In this document: positions 9,660 through 19,917 of the stretch, piece after piece
How positions within the stretch are numbered: the stretch's first letter is position 1
Layout: each line of letters opens with the position of its first letter
NCBI GenBank assembly: GCA_965208575.1
Contig: CBDBOV010000001.1
Location: 320,001-384,000, forward strand
DNA length: 64,000 nucleotides
Source: Spirochaetia bacterium
Lineage (GTDB): Bacteria > Spirochaetota > Spirochaetia > SZUA-6 > Bin103
Direction: 5' to 3'
Position numbers and translations under genes: made by a program
Notes under the pieces: model-generated
Databases searched by the model: none
What the model was told of the DNA's origin: nothing
The model's input: the letters and a program-made list of their open reading frames with translations, nothing else

Positions 9660-11405
9660 ATGAGGATTTCCGCATTCGAGAAAGTGATCGTGGCCGGACT
9701 GCTGTTGAGCCTTGCCGCGATGCCGCTGTGGGCAGCCGCGGCGGGCGAGGAGGGAACGGCGGCGGCCTCGGGAGCGCCCGGCGAGCCGCAGTACGGCGGC
9801 ACGCTCACCGTGGTCACGTTCAAGACGCACGACGAGAGCGTGAGATGGGACGCAACGCTCGGCAAGTACGTGACCAACACCTTCCAGAGTCCCTTCTCCG
9901 AGAGCCTCCTGGTAGGAGACGTGGACACGCACGGGCCGCGCGGCTCCGGCGAGTACAAGTTCGGCGTCATCGAGTTTGTCCCGCTGCAGTTTACGCGCGG
10001 TCAGCTTGCCGAGAGCTGGGAGATCACCAGCGATCCTCCCGGCATCGTCTTCCACATCCGTCCGGGCGTGATGTGGACCGGTAACGAGCACATCGGCATG
10101 GAGCCGAGGGAGTTCGTTGCCAGCGACGCGGTCCATCACCTGGAGCGGTTCCGGAACAGCAGCCACGCCTCCGACTACTACTATATCGACAAGGTGTACG
10201 CGGACGGAGACCACCGCTTCGTGGTCGAATTCAACCAGGGATACTCGTTCTGGCCGTTCGATCTCGGCTACGGCACGTTCGCTCACCACGTGGCGCCGGA
10301 AACGTTCGACGCACCGGGCGGCATCCAGGATTGGCAGAACCAGGTGGGAACCGGTCCCTACATCCTGGCCGACTTCGTGCAAGGGTCCACCGTCGCGTTC
10401 GTCAAGAACCCGAACTACTGGGACACGACGACCATCGACGGCACGGAGTACCAGTTGCCGTTCACGGACGAGTTCGTGCTGCCGTTGATCGCTGACGAGT
10501 CCACGCGGCTGGCCGCCCTGAGGACCGGCAAGATCGACTGGGACACGAACCTGAACGTGGTCAGCGAGGCGACCCTGGATCGGACCAGTCCGGAACTGAT
10601 CAAGTACCGGCATGCGCGTGCCTCCATCTACCAGGTCGGCTTCAACACGACGAGAGCACCGTTCAACGACATCAACGTGCGGCGGGCGATGCACCTCGGC
10701 ACCGACCAGCACACGGTGGCGAAGAACTTCTTCCAGGAGTACGACCTGCATGCTCATCCGCTGCGCGAGGACGCCGCCGGCCTGTTCGTGCCGTTCGAGG
10801 AACTGCCGGAATCGAGCCGCGAGCTGTACACCTACGATCCCGAGCGGGCAAAGAAAATGCTCGCCGACGCCGGCTATCCAGACGGCTTCAAGACGACCCT
10901 GAATACGGCTGACATTCTCGGCTGGCCCACCCTGGCGGCAGCGGTCAAGGACCAGTGGTCCAAGATCGGCGTCGAGGCGGAGGTGATCGTCCACGAGGGA
11001 GCGGCGCTGTGGCCGATGCTCAACCCCGCGGACGAGGCGGACCGGTACAAGGGCACCCTGGTGTTCGGTAACGGCAACACGATGATCCCGTTCCACCTTT
11101 CCAAGTGTGCCGGCGAGCACACCTACGCGGTAACCGGATTGGACGATCCCGAGTACAGCGAACTGTTCGCCGCGGCCATGGCGGAAATGGACTACGACAA
11201 GATGGCGGCGATGGGGCGCGAACTGTTCACCAGGTGCATTGCAACGGCCACCATCATGCCGCTCGGCGACGGCCACGACATCACCTACGCGTGGCCGTGG
11301 GTCAAGAACTACTTCGGCGAGATCGAAACCGGCTTCGTGAGCGTCGGGCCGATCGGCGCACGCATCTGGCTCGACCAGGCGCTGAAGAAGGAAATGGGAT
11401 ACTAA
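9660..11405 (+). CDS. ABC transporter substrate-binding protein, family 5 (DppA/OppA-like)
   Basis: Signal peptide, PQYGGTL, GQLAESWE, VGTGPY, YDPERAKKMLADAGYPDGF. Confidence 0.93.
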   Translation: MRISAFEKVIVAGLLLSLAAMPLWAAAAGEEGTAAASGAPGEPQYGGTLTVVTFKTHDESVRWDATLGKYVTNTFQSPFSESLLVGDVDTHGPRGSGEYKFGVIEFVPLQFTRGQLAESWEITSDPPGIVFHIRPGVMWTGNEHIGMEPREFVASDAVHHLERFRNSSHASDYYYIDKVYADGDHRFVVEFNQGYSFWPFDLGYGTFAHHVAPETFDAPGGIQDWQNQVGTGPYILADFVQGSTVAFVKNPNYWDTTTIDGTEYQLPFTDEFVLPLIADESTRLAALRTGKIDWDTNLNVVSEATLDRTSPELIKYRHARASIYQVGFNTTRAPFNDINVRRAMHLGTDQHTVAKNFFQEYDLHAHPLREDAAGLFVPFEELPESSRELYTYDPERAKKMLADAGYPDGFKTTLNTADILGWPTLAAAVKDQWSKIGVEAEVIVHEGAALWPMLNPADEADRYKGTLVFGNGNTMIPFHLSKCAGEHTYAVTGLDDPEYSELFAAAMAEMDYDKMAAMGRELFTRCIATATIMPLGDGHDITYAWPWVKNYFGEIETGFVSVGPIGARIWLDQALKKEMGY

Positions 11406-11439
11406 AGGCCTTTCTTGCAGGACAAGGGAATCTTGATCG

Positions 11440-11474
11440 AGAAGGGGTGGGGCCGCGCGTCTCGCCCCTTCTTT
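11440..11474 (+). terminator. Intercistronic hairpin after SBP gene
   Basis: AGAAGGGGTGGGGC...GTCTCGCCCCTTCT followed by TT. Confidence 0.55.
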
Positions 11475-11502
11475 GCAATGCTTTGATCACCGAGGAGTCG
11501 GC

Positions 11503-12513
11503 GTGCGTGTCTACCTGATCCGAAGACTGCTGCTCACCATTCCCACCCTGTTCATTGCGAGCATCATCGTGTTCCTGTCGGTTCGCTTCATACCGGGCGA
11601 CGTCGTGGACGTGATGATGATGCGGGCGCAGACCGGCATGTCGGAAGAGACCCGGGCGGCGATACGGCGCGACCTGGGACTGGATACGCCGATCCACATC
11701 CAGTACGGCCGTTGGCTGGGCGTCCTTCCGCAGCACGATGCACCGTCGGACGCGGGTGTCGGGAACGCCAGGTTCAATGGGGTGTTGCAGGGCAACGTCG
11801 GCACTTCGCTGTGGACCGGGGTGCCGGTGTTGGAGGCGCTCAAACGCAGGCTGCCGGTTACCGTCGAGCTGAGCTTGATGGGCCTGGTCCTGGGCCTGCT
11901 GATAGCGATGCCGATCGGCATGTATTCGGCCCTGCGCCAGGACACGATCGGAGACTATATCGCACGCAGCATTGCGATGGCGTTTATCGCCGTTCCCTAC
12001 TTCTGGATCGGGATCCTGGTGGTGGTGTTCGGATCGTTGTGGTTCCGGTACATGCCGCCCTTGCGGCTCGTTCCCTTTGTCGAGGATCCGCTCGGCAACC
12101 TGGGACAGTTCATCGTACCGGCCATCGTCCTCGGCATGGTGCTGTCGGGGTGGACCATGAGACTGACCCGGACAATGATGCTGGAAGTACTGAGGCAGGA
12201 CTACGTCAGGACGGCGTGGGCCAAGGGGCTGCGGGAGCGGGCGGTGGTGCTGCGCCATGCGCTGAAGAACTCGCTCATCCCGGTGGTCAGCCTGATCGGT
12301 CTGCAGTTGCCCCTGTTGTTCGGGGGCACGGTCGTGATAGAACAGATATTTCTGCTGCCGGGCGTCGGCCGCTACACGGTGGAGGCCACCATCAGCCGGG
12401 ACTACCCGGTGATCAGCGGAGTGCTGCTCCTGTTCGGCGCCACCGTCGTGCTGGCCAATCTCCTGATCGACCTGAGCTACGGCTTCCTGGACCCGCGGAT
12501 TCGCTATGAGTAG
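11503..12513 (+). CDS. Peptide ABC permease (DppB-like)
   Basis: YLIRRLL, LEVLRQDYVRTAWAKGL, LDPRIRY. Confidence 0.93.
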   Translation: MRVYLIRRLLLTIPTLFIASIIVFLSVRFIPGDVVDVMMMRAQTGMSEETRAAIRRDLGLDTPIHIQYGRWLGVLPQHDAPSDAGVGNARFNGVLQGNVGTSLWTGVPVLEALKRRLPVTVELSLMGLVLGLLIAMPIGMYSALRQDTIGDYIARSIAMAFIAVPYFWIGILVVVFGSLWFRYMPPLRLVPFVEDPLGNLGQFIVPAIVLGMVLSGWTMRLTRTMMLEVLRQDYVRTAWAKGLRERAVVLRHALKNSLIPVVSLIGLQLPLLFGGTVVIEQIFLLPGVGRYTVEATISRDYPVISGVLLLFGATVVLANLLIDLSYGFLDPRIRYE

Positions 12514-13432
12514 TGGGACGGTGGCCGGCAAGCGGCCGCGCGGCCTGCTGGCGGACAGCGCGGTGCGGCTGGTGCGCGAGAAGCCGCTGGGTACCGTGGG
12601 TGCGGCAATCACGCTGGTGTTCCTGCTGATGGCGGTATTTGCCGACGTCCTGGCGCCGTACGGCATGAACGAGGGCACGCCGACCAACCTGACGCCGCCG
12701 TCGGCGGAGTTCTGGCTGGGTACGGATGAGTTGGGGCGCGACGTGTTCAGCAGGGTCGTGATCGGCGCCCGCATCTCGATGGGAATGGGGCTGGCGGCGA
12801 GCGCGGTGAGCATCGTCATTTCGGTGGCGATCGGCCTGGTCAGCGGCTACGTCGGCGGCAAGTTCGACATCATCGTGCAGCGGTTCGTGGATGCCTGGAT
12901 GTCGCTGCCGGGCCTGATCTGGATGATGGTGGTGCTGTCGATCGTGGGCCGCGGCGTGGTGCCGATCGTGGTCGTGCTGTCGCTGGTGCTCGGCGTCGGC
13001 GGTTCCCGGATCATCCGGGGAGCGGTGATCAGCGCCAAGGAGAACGTCTACGTGGCGGCGGCGCTGGCGATCGGCTCCCGTACCGACCGGGTCCTGTTCC
13101 GGCACATTGTGCCGGGCATCATGGCGCCGATCATCATGCTGTTTTCGGTACGCGTGCCGGATGCGATCCTGATCGAGGCGGCGTTGAGCTTCCTCGGTTT
13201 CGGCATGCCGCCGCCGTATCCGAGCTGGGGCAGCATGCTGTCCGGCAGCGCGCGCCAGTACATGTTCGTGGCCCCGTGGATGGCCCTGTGGCCGGGCGTG
13301 GCCCTGGCGCTGGTGGTGTATGGTGTGAACATCTTCGGCGATGCCCTGCGCGACATACTGGACCCGCGCATGCGGGGCGGGAGCGGACGCTTCGGCGTGC
13401 GCGCGAAGAAGTTGTCCGGCAAGAGGAGGTGA
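12506..13432 (+). CDS. Peptide ABC permease (DppC-like)
   Basis: LGTDELGRDVFSR, EAALSFLGFG, GDALRDILDPR. Confidence 0.93.
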   Translation: MSSGTVAGKRPRGLLADSAVRLVREKPLGTVGAAITLVFLLMAVFADVLAPYGMNEGTPTNLTPPSAEFWLGTDELGRDVFSRVVIGARISMGMGLAASAVSIVISVAIGLVSGYVGGKFDIIVQRFVDAWMSLPGLIWMMVVLSIVGRGVVPIVVVLSLVLGVGGSRIIRGAVISAKENVYVAAALAIGSRTDRVLFRHIVPGIMAPIIMLFSVRVPDAILIEAALSFLGFGMPPPYPSWGSMLSGSARQYMFVAPWMALWPGVALALVVYGVNIFGDALRDILDPRMRGGSGRFGVRAKKLSGKRR

Positions 13433-13434
13433 AC

Positions 13435-14490
13435 ATGGAGCAGCGGCGGTTCGGCGATACCGAGCTGGCTACCTCGCCGATCGGCTTCGGCACCTGGGAG
13501 ATGAGCGGCACCATGTACGGCAAGATCGACGCCACTGCCGCCGGCCGCGCGGTCGGGGCGGCCATCGACCACGGCATCACGCTGTTCGACACCGCGGCCG
13601 TGTACGGGCCGTTCCACTCGGAGCGGCTGCTCGCCAAGGCGCTCGGCGCGCGGCGCCGGGAGGTGACCCTGGTCACCAAGGTGTGCGAGCGGCTCAGTGA
13701 CGACGAGACGCTGGACTGGCGCGACCGGATCGGACCGCGCGACGGCAGCTACGAGCACACCATCCGGGCGGCGGAGGGCTGCCTGCAGCGGCTCGCCACC
13801 GACGTGATCGACCTGCTGCTGATCCATCACCGCGACTTCGACACGCCGATCGCCGAGACCATCGGCGCGCTGGAGCGGTTGCGGGCCGACGGCAAGATCC
13901 GCTACTACGGCGTATCGAACCACGACGTGCCGATGCTGGAGGAGTGCCGGATTGTCGGCGGTGCCGGCAGCATCGCCACCAACCAGCTTCCGTTCAACCT
14001 GTTCGACCGGCGGGTGGAGCCGGAGATCCTGCCGTGGTGCGCGGCCAACGGCGTCGGGTTCATGTCCTACGGCACCCTCGGCTTCGGCCTGCTGACCGGT
14101 GCGTTCAGCGCTGACACCTCGTTCGGCGCCGACGACTGGCGCAGCGCGGGCAGTGCGTTCGGCCTGCCGCTGTTCGAGGGTGCGCCGTTCCGCGACCGGC
14201 TGCGGGTGGGCGCGCGGCTGGCCGAGCTGGCCGCGGAGCATGGCAGGACCCTGGCACAACTCGCCATCGCGTGGGTGCTGGATCATGGCCCGGTGACGGT
14301 GGCGCTGGTCGGCATGCGCAATGCGCGCGAGCTGAGCGAGAACGTCGGTGCGGCGAGCTGGAAGCTGACCGACGAGATTCGCGCACGGGTTGACCGAATC
14401 TTCGCAGCGGAGAACGTTACCACCTATGTCGGCACACCGGTCACGGTGCGGCCGGACCAACAAATTCTATCGGAGGGAGATGACGAATGA
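13435..14490 (+). CDS. Aldo/keto reductase
   Basis: IGFGTW, FDTAAVYG, IDLLLIH, GKIRYYGVSN. Confidence 0.92.
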   Translation: MEQRRFGDTELATSPIGFGTWEMSGTMYGKIDATAAGRAVGAAIDHGITLFDTAAVYGPFHSERLLAKALGARRREVTLVTKVCERLSDDETLDWRDRIGPRDGSYEHTIRAAEGCLQRLATDVIDLLLIHHRDFDTPIAETIGALERLRADGKIRYYGVSNHDVPMLEECRIVGGAGSIATNQLPFNLFDRRVEPEILPWCAANGVGFMSYGTLGFGLLTGAFSADTSFGADDWRSAGSAFGLPLFEGAPFRDRLRVGARLAELAAEHGRTLAQLAIAWVLDHGPVTVALVGMRNARELSENVGAASWKLTDEIRARVDRIFAAENVTTYVGTPVTVRPDQQILSEGDDE

Positions 14491-15206
14491 GCGACAACCA
14501 CAAACCTGACAAGCTGGTGTACACCGCGACGGTGGAGAAGCGGTTCAAGGCCCCCGGCCCGCAGCCGAACGGCCTGCAGGCGGCGGAGGACGGATTGTGG
14601 TGCATCGACCAGACCAACCTGAAGGTGCACCAGCTCGACTGGGAGACGGGCGCGGTGCTGCACGAGTTCCAGACCGCCACCGAGCACTCCAGCGGCATTA
14701 CGCTCGACGGCGACGGCAACGTGTGGATTACCTCCACCTGGCAGCTCGAGGTGGTGAAGTACGACCCGCGCACCGGCGAGGAGCTGGCGCGCTACCCGGA
14801 CCCCGGCAAGGGCGTAGCGGCCATGGTCGAAACCACCCCACCGCCGTGGAAGCCGTCGTCCAGCCACGGCATCGAGTGGCGCGACGGCAAGTTCTACCTG
14901 GCGGCGCCGCCCACGCAGCGCCTGCACGTGATGGACGCGGAAAGCTGGACCGAGGTGCGCTCGCTGGCGGCGCCGGGGTTGCGCATCCACGGCATCGGCT
15001 GGAACAGCGATGGCCGGCTGTGGGTGTCGGATACGTCGTCGGGCGCGGTCCACCTGATGGACGTCGACAGCGGGCGCTTCGTGGACGTGTTCCGGGTCGC
15101 CGAACCGGACGAAGTGCACGGCATGACGGTGCGCGGCGGCGAGGAAATCTGGTACTGCGACGCCGGCACCTGCGACATCGGCGTGCTGAAGCGGCCGGGC
15201 TCCTGA
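14487..15206 (+). CDS. Beta-propeller protein (glutamine cyclotransferase/NHL-like)
   Basis: PGPQPNGL, SSGITLD, HGIEWRDG, HGIGWNSDGRLWVSD repeats. Confidence 0.65.
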   Translation: MSDNHKPDKLVYTATVEKRFKAPGPQPNGLQAAEDGLWCIDQTNLKVHQLDWETGAVLHEFQTATEHSSGITLDGDGNVWITSTWQLEVVKYDPRTGEELARYPDPGKGVAAMVETTPPPWKPSSSHGIEWRDGKFYLAAPPTQRLHVMDAESWTEVRSLAAPGLRIHGIGWNSDGRLWVSDTSSGAVHLMDVDSGRFVDVFRVAEPDEVHGMTVRGGEEIWYCDAGTCDIGVLKRPGS

Positions 15207-15368
15207 CAGCCCGTGGCGAAACTCCGGCTGCATTGAATGCAGCGATCGATCCCGGCTGCTGCGTCGCTCCTCGCTCTCAAGTGCCCTGACGTGCTCGCTC
15301 GCCGTGCCTTGCCAGCCGGGCGCCTCTCCGCTCTCGGTGTGACGCCGGCGGCCACCGCGGGCTGCTAG
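15207..15368. mobile_element. MITE/REP-like element with imperfect terminal inverted repeats
   Basis: Left CAGCCCGTGG, right CCGCGGGCTG followed by CTAG; internal palindrome GCTGCATTGAATGCAGC; related ends at ~2498-2528 and ~16364-16416. Confidence 0.55.
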
Positions 15369-15386
15369 GCCGGACGCGCGCCCGGT

Positions 15387-16366
15387 ATGCGGCCCCCGAT
15401 CTTCAACTGCACCTACACCGCGCTGTCGAGCGCCGTGCAGGAGCGGCTCGCCGGCGTGGGTGAGGTGCACCCGTATCGGCCGGCGCCGCGCGATGCGACG
15501 CTGGAGCAGTTGCGCGCGGCGCACGCGCTGCTGGGCAGTCCATATCGCGCCGGCCGGATCGATGCCGCCTTCCTGGACGCGCTGCCATCGCTGCGGGTCA
15601 TCGCCGGGGTCGGCGTGGGCTACGACGGCATCGACGTGGATGCGGCGAGCGCGCGCGGCGTGGCCGTGTGCAACGCGCCGGGAGTGCTCAACACCGCGGT
15701 CGCCGAGTTGACCGTGGCGCTGATCCTGATGCTGGCGCGGCGCCTGGGTGAGAACGAGCGCTACGTGCGCAGCGGCGCGTGGACGCGCGGCGAGGAGGCG
15801 CCTCCGCTGGGCAGCGACGTCGGCGGCAAGACGCTCGGCGTGGTCGGGTTCGGGCGCATCGGGCGGCAGGTGACGCGCCACGCGCAGGGTTTCGCGCCAC
15901 CTGGTACGACGTGTTCCGGGAGCCGCCTCCCGGAGCTCCACCGGCCGAGTACCGGCCCCTCGACCAGCTCCTGGGGGAGGCCGACTTCGTGACCCTGCAC
16001 ACCGACCTGAACGACTCCTCGCGGCACCTGATCGGCGGGCGCGAGCTGGCCCTCATGAAGCCGACCGCCTACCTGGTGAACATGGCGCGCGGCGGCGTGG
16101 TCGACCAGGCGGCCCTCACCGCGGCGCTCCGCGACGGATCGATCGCGGGAGCGGGCCTCGACTGCCTGGCCCCGGAGCCGCCGCTGGCCAGCGACGACAT
16201 CGTGCGGCTGCCCAACGTCATCGCGCTGCCGCACGTCGGCACCGCGACCCACGAGACGCGCGAGGCGCTGGCGCAGATGGCGGCCGACAACGTCGTGGCC
16301 GTGCTCACCGGGCGCCCGCCGCGCGCTATCGTCAACCCCGAGGTGCTCGGCGCGCGCACACCGTAG
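15387..16366 (+). pseudogene. D-isomer-specific 2-hydroxyacid dehydrogenase, frameshifted near 15893
   Basis: N-half (GVGYDGID, GVVGFGRIG) and C-half (LVNMARGGVVD, LPHVGTAT) in different frames; may be a sequence error. Confidence 0.8.
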
Positions 16367-16468
16367 CAGCTCGTGGGTCAACACTGGCTGCACTCCAGCG
16401 GCGATGCACCCCGGCTGGTGTGGCGGCCCGCAACTGCTCGCGCACGCGCCGCGCGTCCTGCAGCGGGG

Positions 16469-18127
16469 ATGAGGCGACCGGAGACAGCGATCGGGGCGAC
16501 CATCGGGGCGTGGACGCGGAGCGCCGCGCGCCTGTTGCTGAGGCTCGCGCCAGTGGCGCTGGCGTGCACGCCGGCGGCGGAGCCGGCGCCGGGAGCGGAG
16601 ATCTTCGTCGACGCGAGCGCGGCGGCCGGCATCGACGCGCCCCACGGGGGCGCCTGGGAGTTCGACGGCAAGGGTGGCTACCTCGGCATCGGTCAGGCCT
16701 GGGGCGACTACGACAACGACGGTCGGGTCGACCTGTTCCTGGCCGGCGGCCGGCTCCCGAGCATGCTGTATCGCAACAACGGCGACGGCACCTTCGCGGT
16801 CTCCGCACACGCCGCCGACGTCGCGCTGGCGGAGGCATGGACCGGCGGCGCCGTCTGGGCCGACTACGACAACGACGGCTGGCGCGACCTGTACGTGCTC
16901 ACCCACGGCGCCAACGTCCTGTTCCGGAACGAGGCCGGCGCAGGCTTCCGCGACGTCACCGCGGCGGCGGGGGTGGGCGCCGCCGGCAACGGTGCCACGG
17001 CGGCCTGGGGCGACTACGACGGCGATGGTCTCCTCGACCTGTTCGTGGCCAACTGGACCTGTTACCCGGAATGCTCCCCGGAGGAGGCGGACGCACTGAC
17101 CAGCGACCGGCTGTATCGCAACCGCGGCGACGGCACCTTCGAAGACGTCTCCGCGCTGCTCGGCGACAAGTTGCGCGGCGCCGCCTTCTCCGCCAGCTTC
17201 GCCGACTTCGACAACGACGGCGACCCAGACATCTACGTGGTCAACGACAAGGTCGACAACCCGATCGGCAACGTGCTGTGGCGCAATGACGGGCCGGGCT
17301 GCGGCGGCTGGTGCTGGCGCGACGTGTCGAGCGAGACCGGGACCGGCGCGGTGCGCAACGGCATGGGCCTGGCAGTCGGCGACTACGACAACGACCTGGA
17401 CCTGGACTTCTACTTCTCCGACATGGGCGAGCCGATGTCGCTGCTGCAGAACATGGACGGCCGCTTCCGCAACGCCAGCGAGGCGGCCGGCGTTGGGGCC
17501 GATCGGCACGGCCGGATTGTCGGTTGGGGCACGGCTTTCTTCGACTTCGACAACGACGGCTGGCTGGACCTGTTCCTGGCCGCCACCGCGTACTCGCCGC
17601 GTTCCAGCGACCCCGGGGCGCCGATCGACCTGCTGTTCTTGCCGCATCCCAACGTGCTGTACCGCAATCGCGGCTACGGCAACTACGTCGAGGTGACGCC
17701 GGCGAGCTGGCGGGTGCGCCCCGACCCCAGCATGGGCGTGGCGTACGCCGACTACGACGGCGACGGGTTCGTCGACTTCGTGGTGGGCAACTTCGACGCC
17801 GGCTACACGCTGTACCGGAACGCCGGGCTGGCGGGGGCGGACAACCACTGGCTGACGGTGCGGCTCGAAGGCCGCCGGCCGGTCAACCGCGACGCGATCG
17901 GCGCCCGGGTGTACGTCACCGCCGGCGACGGCCGCCCGCGCATGCAGGAGGTGAAGAGCGGCTCGTCCCTGGGCGCCGGCAACGACACCGCGCTGCACTT
18001 CGGCCTCGGCGGCTCGGCGGCCGCCGACGTGCGCGTGCTGTGGCCCGACGGCACCGAGGCGGTATTCGAGGCGGTCCCCGCAAACCGGAAGTTGCACCTG
18101 ATCTACGCCCAGACTAAGTTGAGGTGA
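16469..18127 (+). CDS. CRTAC1 / ASPIC-UnbV FG-GAP repeat protein
   Basis: Repeated WGDYDNDG/DFDNDG motifs; C-terminal NRDAIGARV...LHFGLG...VLWPDG. Confidence 0.9.
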   Translation: MRRPETAIGATIGAWTRSAARLLLRLAPVALACTPAAEPAPGAEIFVDASAAAGIDAPHGGAWEFDGKGGYLGIGQAWGDYDNDGRVDLFLAGGRLPSMLYRNNGDGTFAVSAHAADVALAEAWTGGAVWADYDNDGWRDLYVLTHGANVLFRNEAGAGFRDVTAAAGVGAAGNGATAAWGDYDGDGLLDLFVANWTCYPECSPEEADALTSDRLYRNRGDGTFEDVSALLGDKLRGAAFSASFADFDNDGDPDIYVVNDKVDNPIGNVLWRNDGPGCGGWCWRDVSSETGTGAVRNGMGLAVGDYDNDLDLDFYFSDMGEPMSLLQNMDGRFRNASEAAGVGADRHGRIVGWGTAFFDFDNDGWLDLFLAATAYSPRSSDPGAPIDLLFLPHPNVLYRNRGYGNYVEVTPASWRVRPDPSMGVAYADYDGDGFVDFVVGNFDAGYTLYRNAGLAGADNHWLTVRLEGRRPVNRDAIGARVYVTAGDGRPRMQEVKSGSSLGAGNDTALHFGLGGSAAADVRVLWPDGTEAVFEAVPANRKLHLIYAQTKLR

Positions 18128-18396
18128 CCGATCCTGAGGAGAGGCTCTCGAATACCGCTTGTATGGTGCTGACCCTTCCCCGCTGGAACTGCGGGCGTAG
18201 CGCCGGCTTGGTGTGTTGGCGAGTTGCGGGCTGTTGTAGTCGTGCATGCCCACCTCTGCCGGCCGTGGGGCGTAACTGGCTTGGGCTTGGTTGATTCGGA
18301 CTGCCGGCTTGACTCTGCCGAGTTTCCGGGCAACACTGTCTCGCTGATGAAGGGGTGGTCGCCCAGGTGTGGGGCTGCCATTTTGGGTCACACGGC

Positions 18397-19908
18397 ATGT
18401 TGACGCGGCTCTCTGTTTCAGGCTTTAAGAACCTGGTTGATGTGGATCTCCATCTTGGTGCATTTACGTGTGTCGTCGGGCCCAACGGTGCGGGGAAGTC
18501 CAACCTCTTCGACGCAATCCGGTTTCTCAGTGCACTAGCCAACCATACTTTCCTGGAGGCGGCCTCCTCGGTCCGCGATCAACACAGCCGTACTGCTCAG
18601 ATACGGGACCTGTTCCATCACGTAGGCAGTCACTATGCCGGCAACATGAAGTTTGTTGCGGAGATGATCGTTCCCGGCAACGCGACTGATGATCTTGGAC
18701 AGGAGGCGAAAGCAAGCATTACGTTCCTGCGCTACTCCTTGGAACTCGCCTACCGAGAGTCTAACGACAGCTTAGCCCCGGGAGCGCTGGAGATTGTCAA
18801 GGAGGAGTTGGTTCATGTCACACAGCGTGACGCGCCACGACACCTCCCATTTCCTCATAGCGCGAAGGACTGGCGCAAGTCGGTGGTACAGGGACAGAGG
18901 CGTGCGCGCTATTTCATCTCAACCGAAGGGGAAGGTCAGAACCGGGTAATTAAGCTGCATCAGGATGGTGGCAGCAGCGGGCGTCCCCTGAGCCGGCCGG
19001 CTGCCAATCTTCCGCGCACGGTACTTTCGGCGGCAAATGCAACGGAGAGCCCTACCGTGCTGACTGCTCGCCGCGAAATGGAAGCATGGCAGCTTGTACA
19101 ATTGGAACCTAGCGCCATGAGAAAGCCCGACGAATTCGTATCTCCAACCCATGTGGGAACGGACGGACGTCACCTGGCGGCAACTCTTTATCGATTGGCC
19201 CGTAGTGCGGAACAGCACGAGCACAATGGCAACCGAGACGCTCTTGTTACGGGCCTTCAAACTTCTGCTCCGAACGGTGAAGATCTAGGAGCATACAGTC
19301 AGATCGCCAACCGTCTTGGTGAGCTTATCGACGATGTGCATGGTATCTATGTAGATCTCGATGAAAAGCGAGAGTTGATGACGTTGTACGTGAGAGACAG
19401 GGATGGGACTTCACATCCTGCACGGGCACTGTCGGATGGTACCTTGAGGTTTCTCGCGTTGTCCGTTCTGGAGAGCGACGCCAAGATGCAAGGCGTCCTT
19501 TGTCTGGAGGAACCCGAGAACGGTATTCATCCGGAGCGGATTCCAGCCATACTTGAGCTCCTGATGGACATCGCCGTCGACACTCATCAATCTGTCGGCA
19601 TTGACAATCCGTTGCGCCAAGTTATTGTCAACACACATTCGCCGGTAGTATTCCAGCAAGTTCCGGATGACAGTGTGGTATTCGTCAAGCCGATCGAGGC
19701 CGTGGACAATTCCGGTCGTCGCTTCAAGAGTGCGCAATTCCTCTGTTTGTCAGATACTTGGCGTGCGCTGGACCGTGAGCACGCAGCACGGGGTGACCTC
19801 CTGCCCTATCTGAATCCGGTGCTGTCCGAAGAACAGCCAGAACCGTACGTCAAGAAACGGGTGGTCGATCGGGATGACGTGCAGCAACTTCTGTTGTTCT
19901 CTCAGTAG
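18397..19908 (+). CDS. ABC-type AAA_21 ATPase, defence-associated type
   Basis: GFKNL, Walker A GPNGAGKS, LSDGTLR, LCLEEPENGIHP, NTHSP; lower GC than flanks. Confidence 0.88.
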   Translation: MLTRLSVSGFKNLVDVDLHLGAFTCVVGPNGAGKSNLFDAIRFLSALANHTFLEAASSVRDQHSRTAQIRDLFHHVGSHYAGNMKFVAEMIVPGNATDDLGQEAKASITFLRYSLELAYRESNDSLAPGALEIVKEELVHVTQRDAPRHLPFPHSAKDWRKSVVQGQRRARYFISTEGEGQNRVIKLHQDGGSSGRPLSRPAANLPRTVLSAANATESPTVLTARREMEAWQLVQLEPSAMRKPDEFVSPTHVGTDGRHLAATLYRLARSAEQHEHNGNRDALVTGLQTSAPNGEDLGAYSQIANRLGELIDDVHGIYVDLDEKRELMTLYVRDRDGTSHPARALSDGTLRFLALSVLESDAKMQGVLCLEEPENGIHPERIPAILELLMDIAVDTHQSVGIDNPLRQVIVNTHSPVVFQQVPDDSVVFVKPIEAVDNSGRRFKSAQFLCLSDTWRALDREHAARGDLLPYLNPVLSEEQPEPYVKKRVVDRDDVQQLLLFSQ

Positions 19909-19917
19909 CGGCGTCCT

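Noticed and set aside
5837-9970. 1377-aa ORF suggesting a giant fusion
   Set aside because: The N-terminal ~630 aa are antisense to the Uma2 gene and its repeat; real homology starts at ATG 8080.
3134-18158. Exact 13-mer CTCTCGAATACCG in two intergenic regions (3134 and 18146)
   Set aside because: Short, no extension of similarity, non-palindromic; may be chance.
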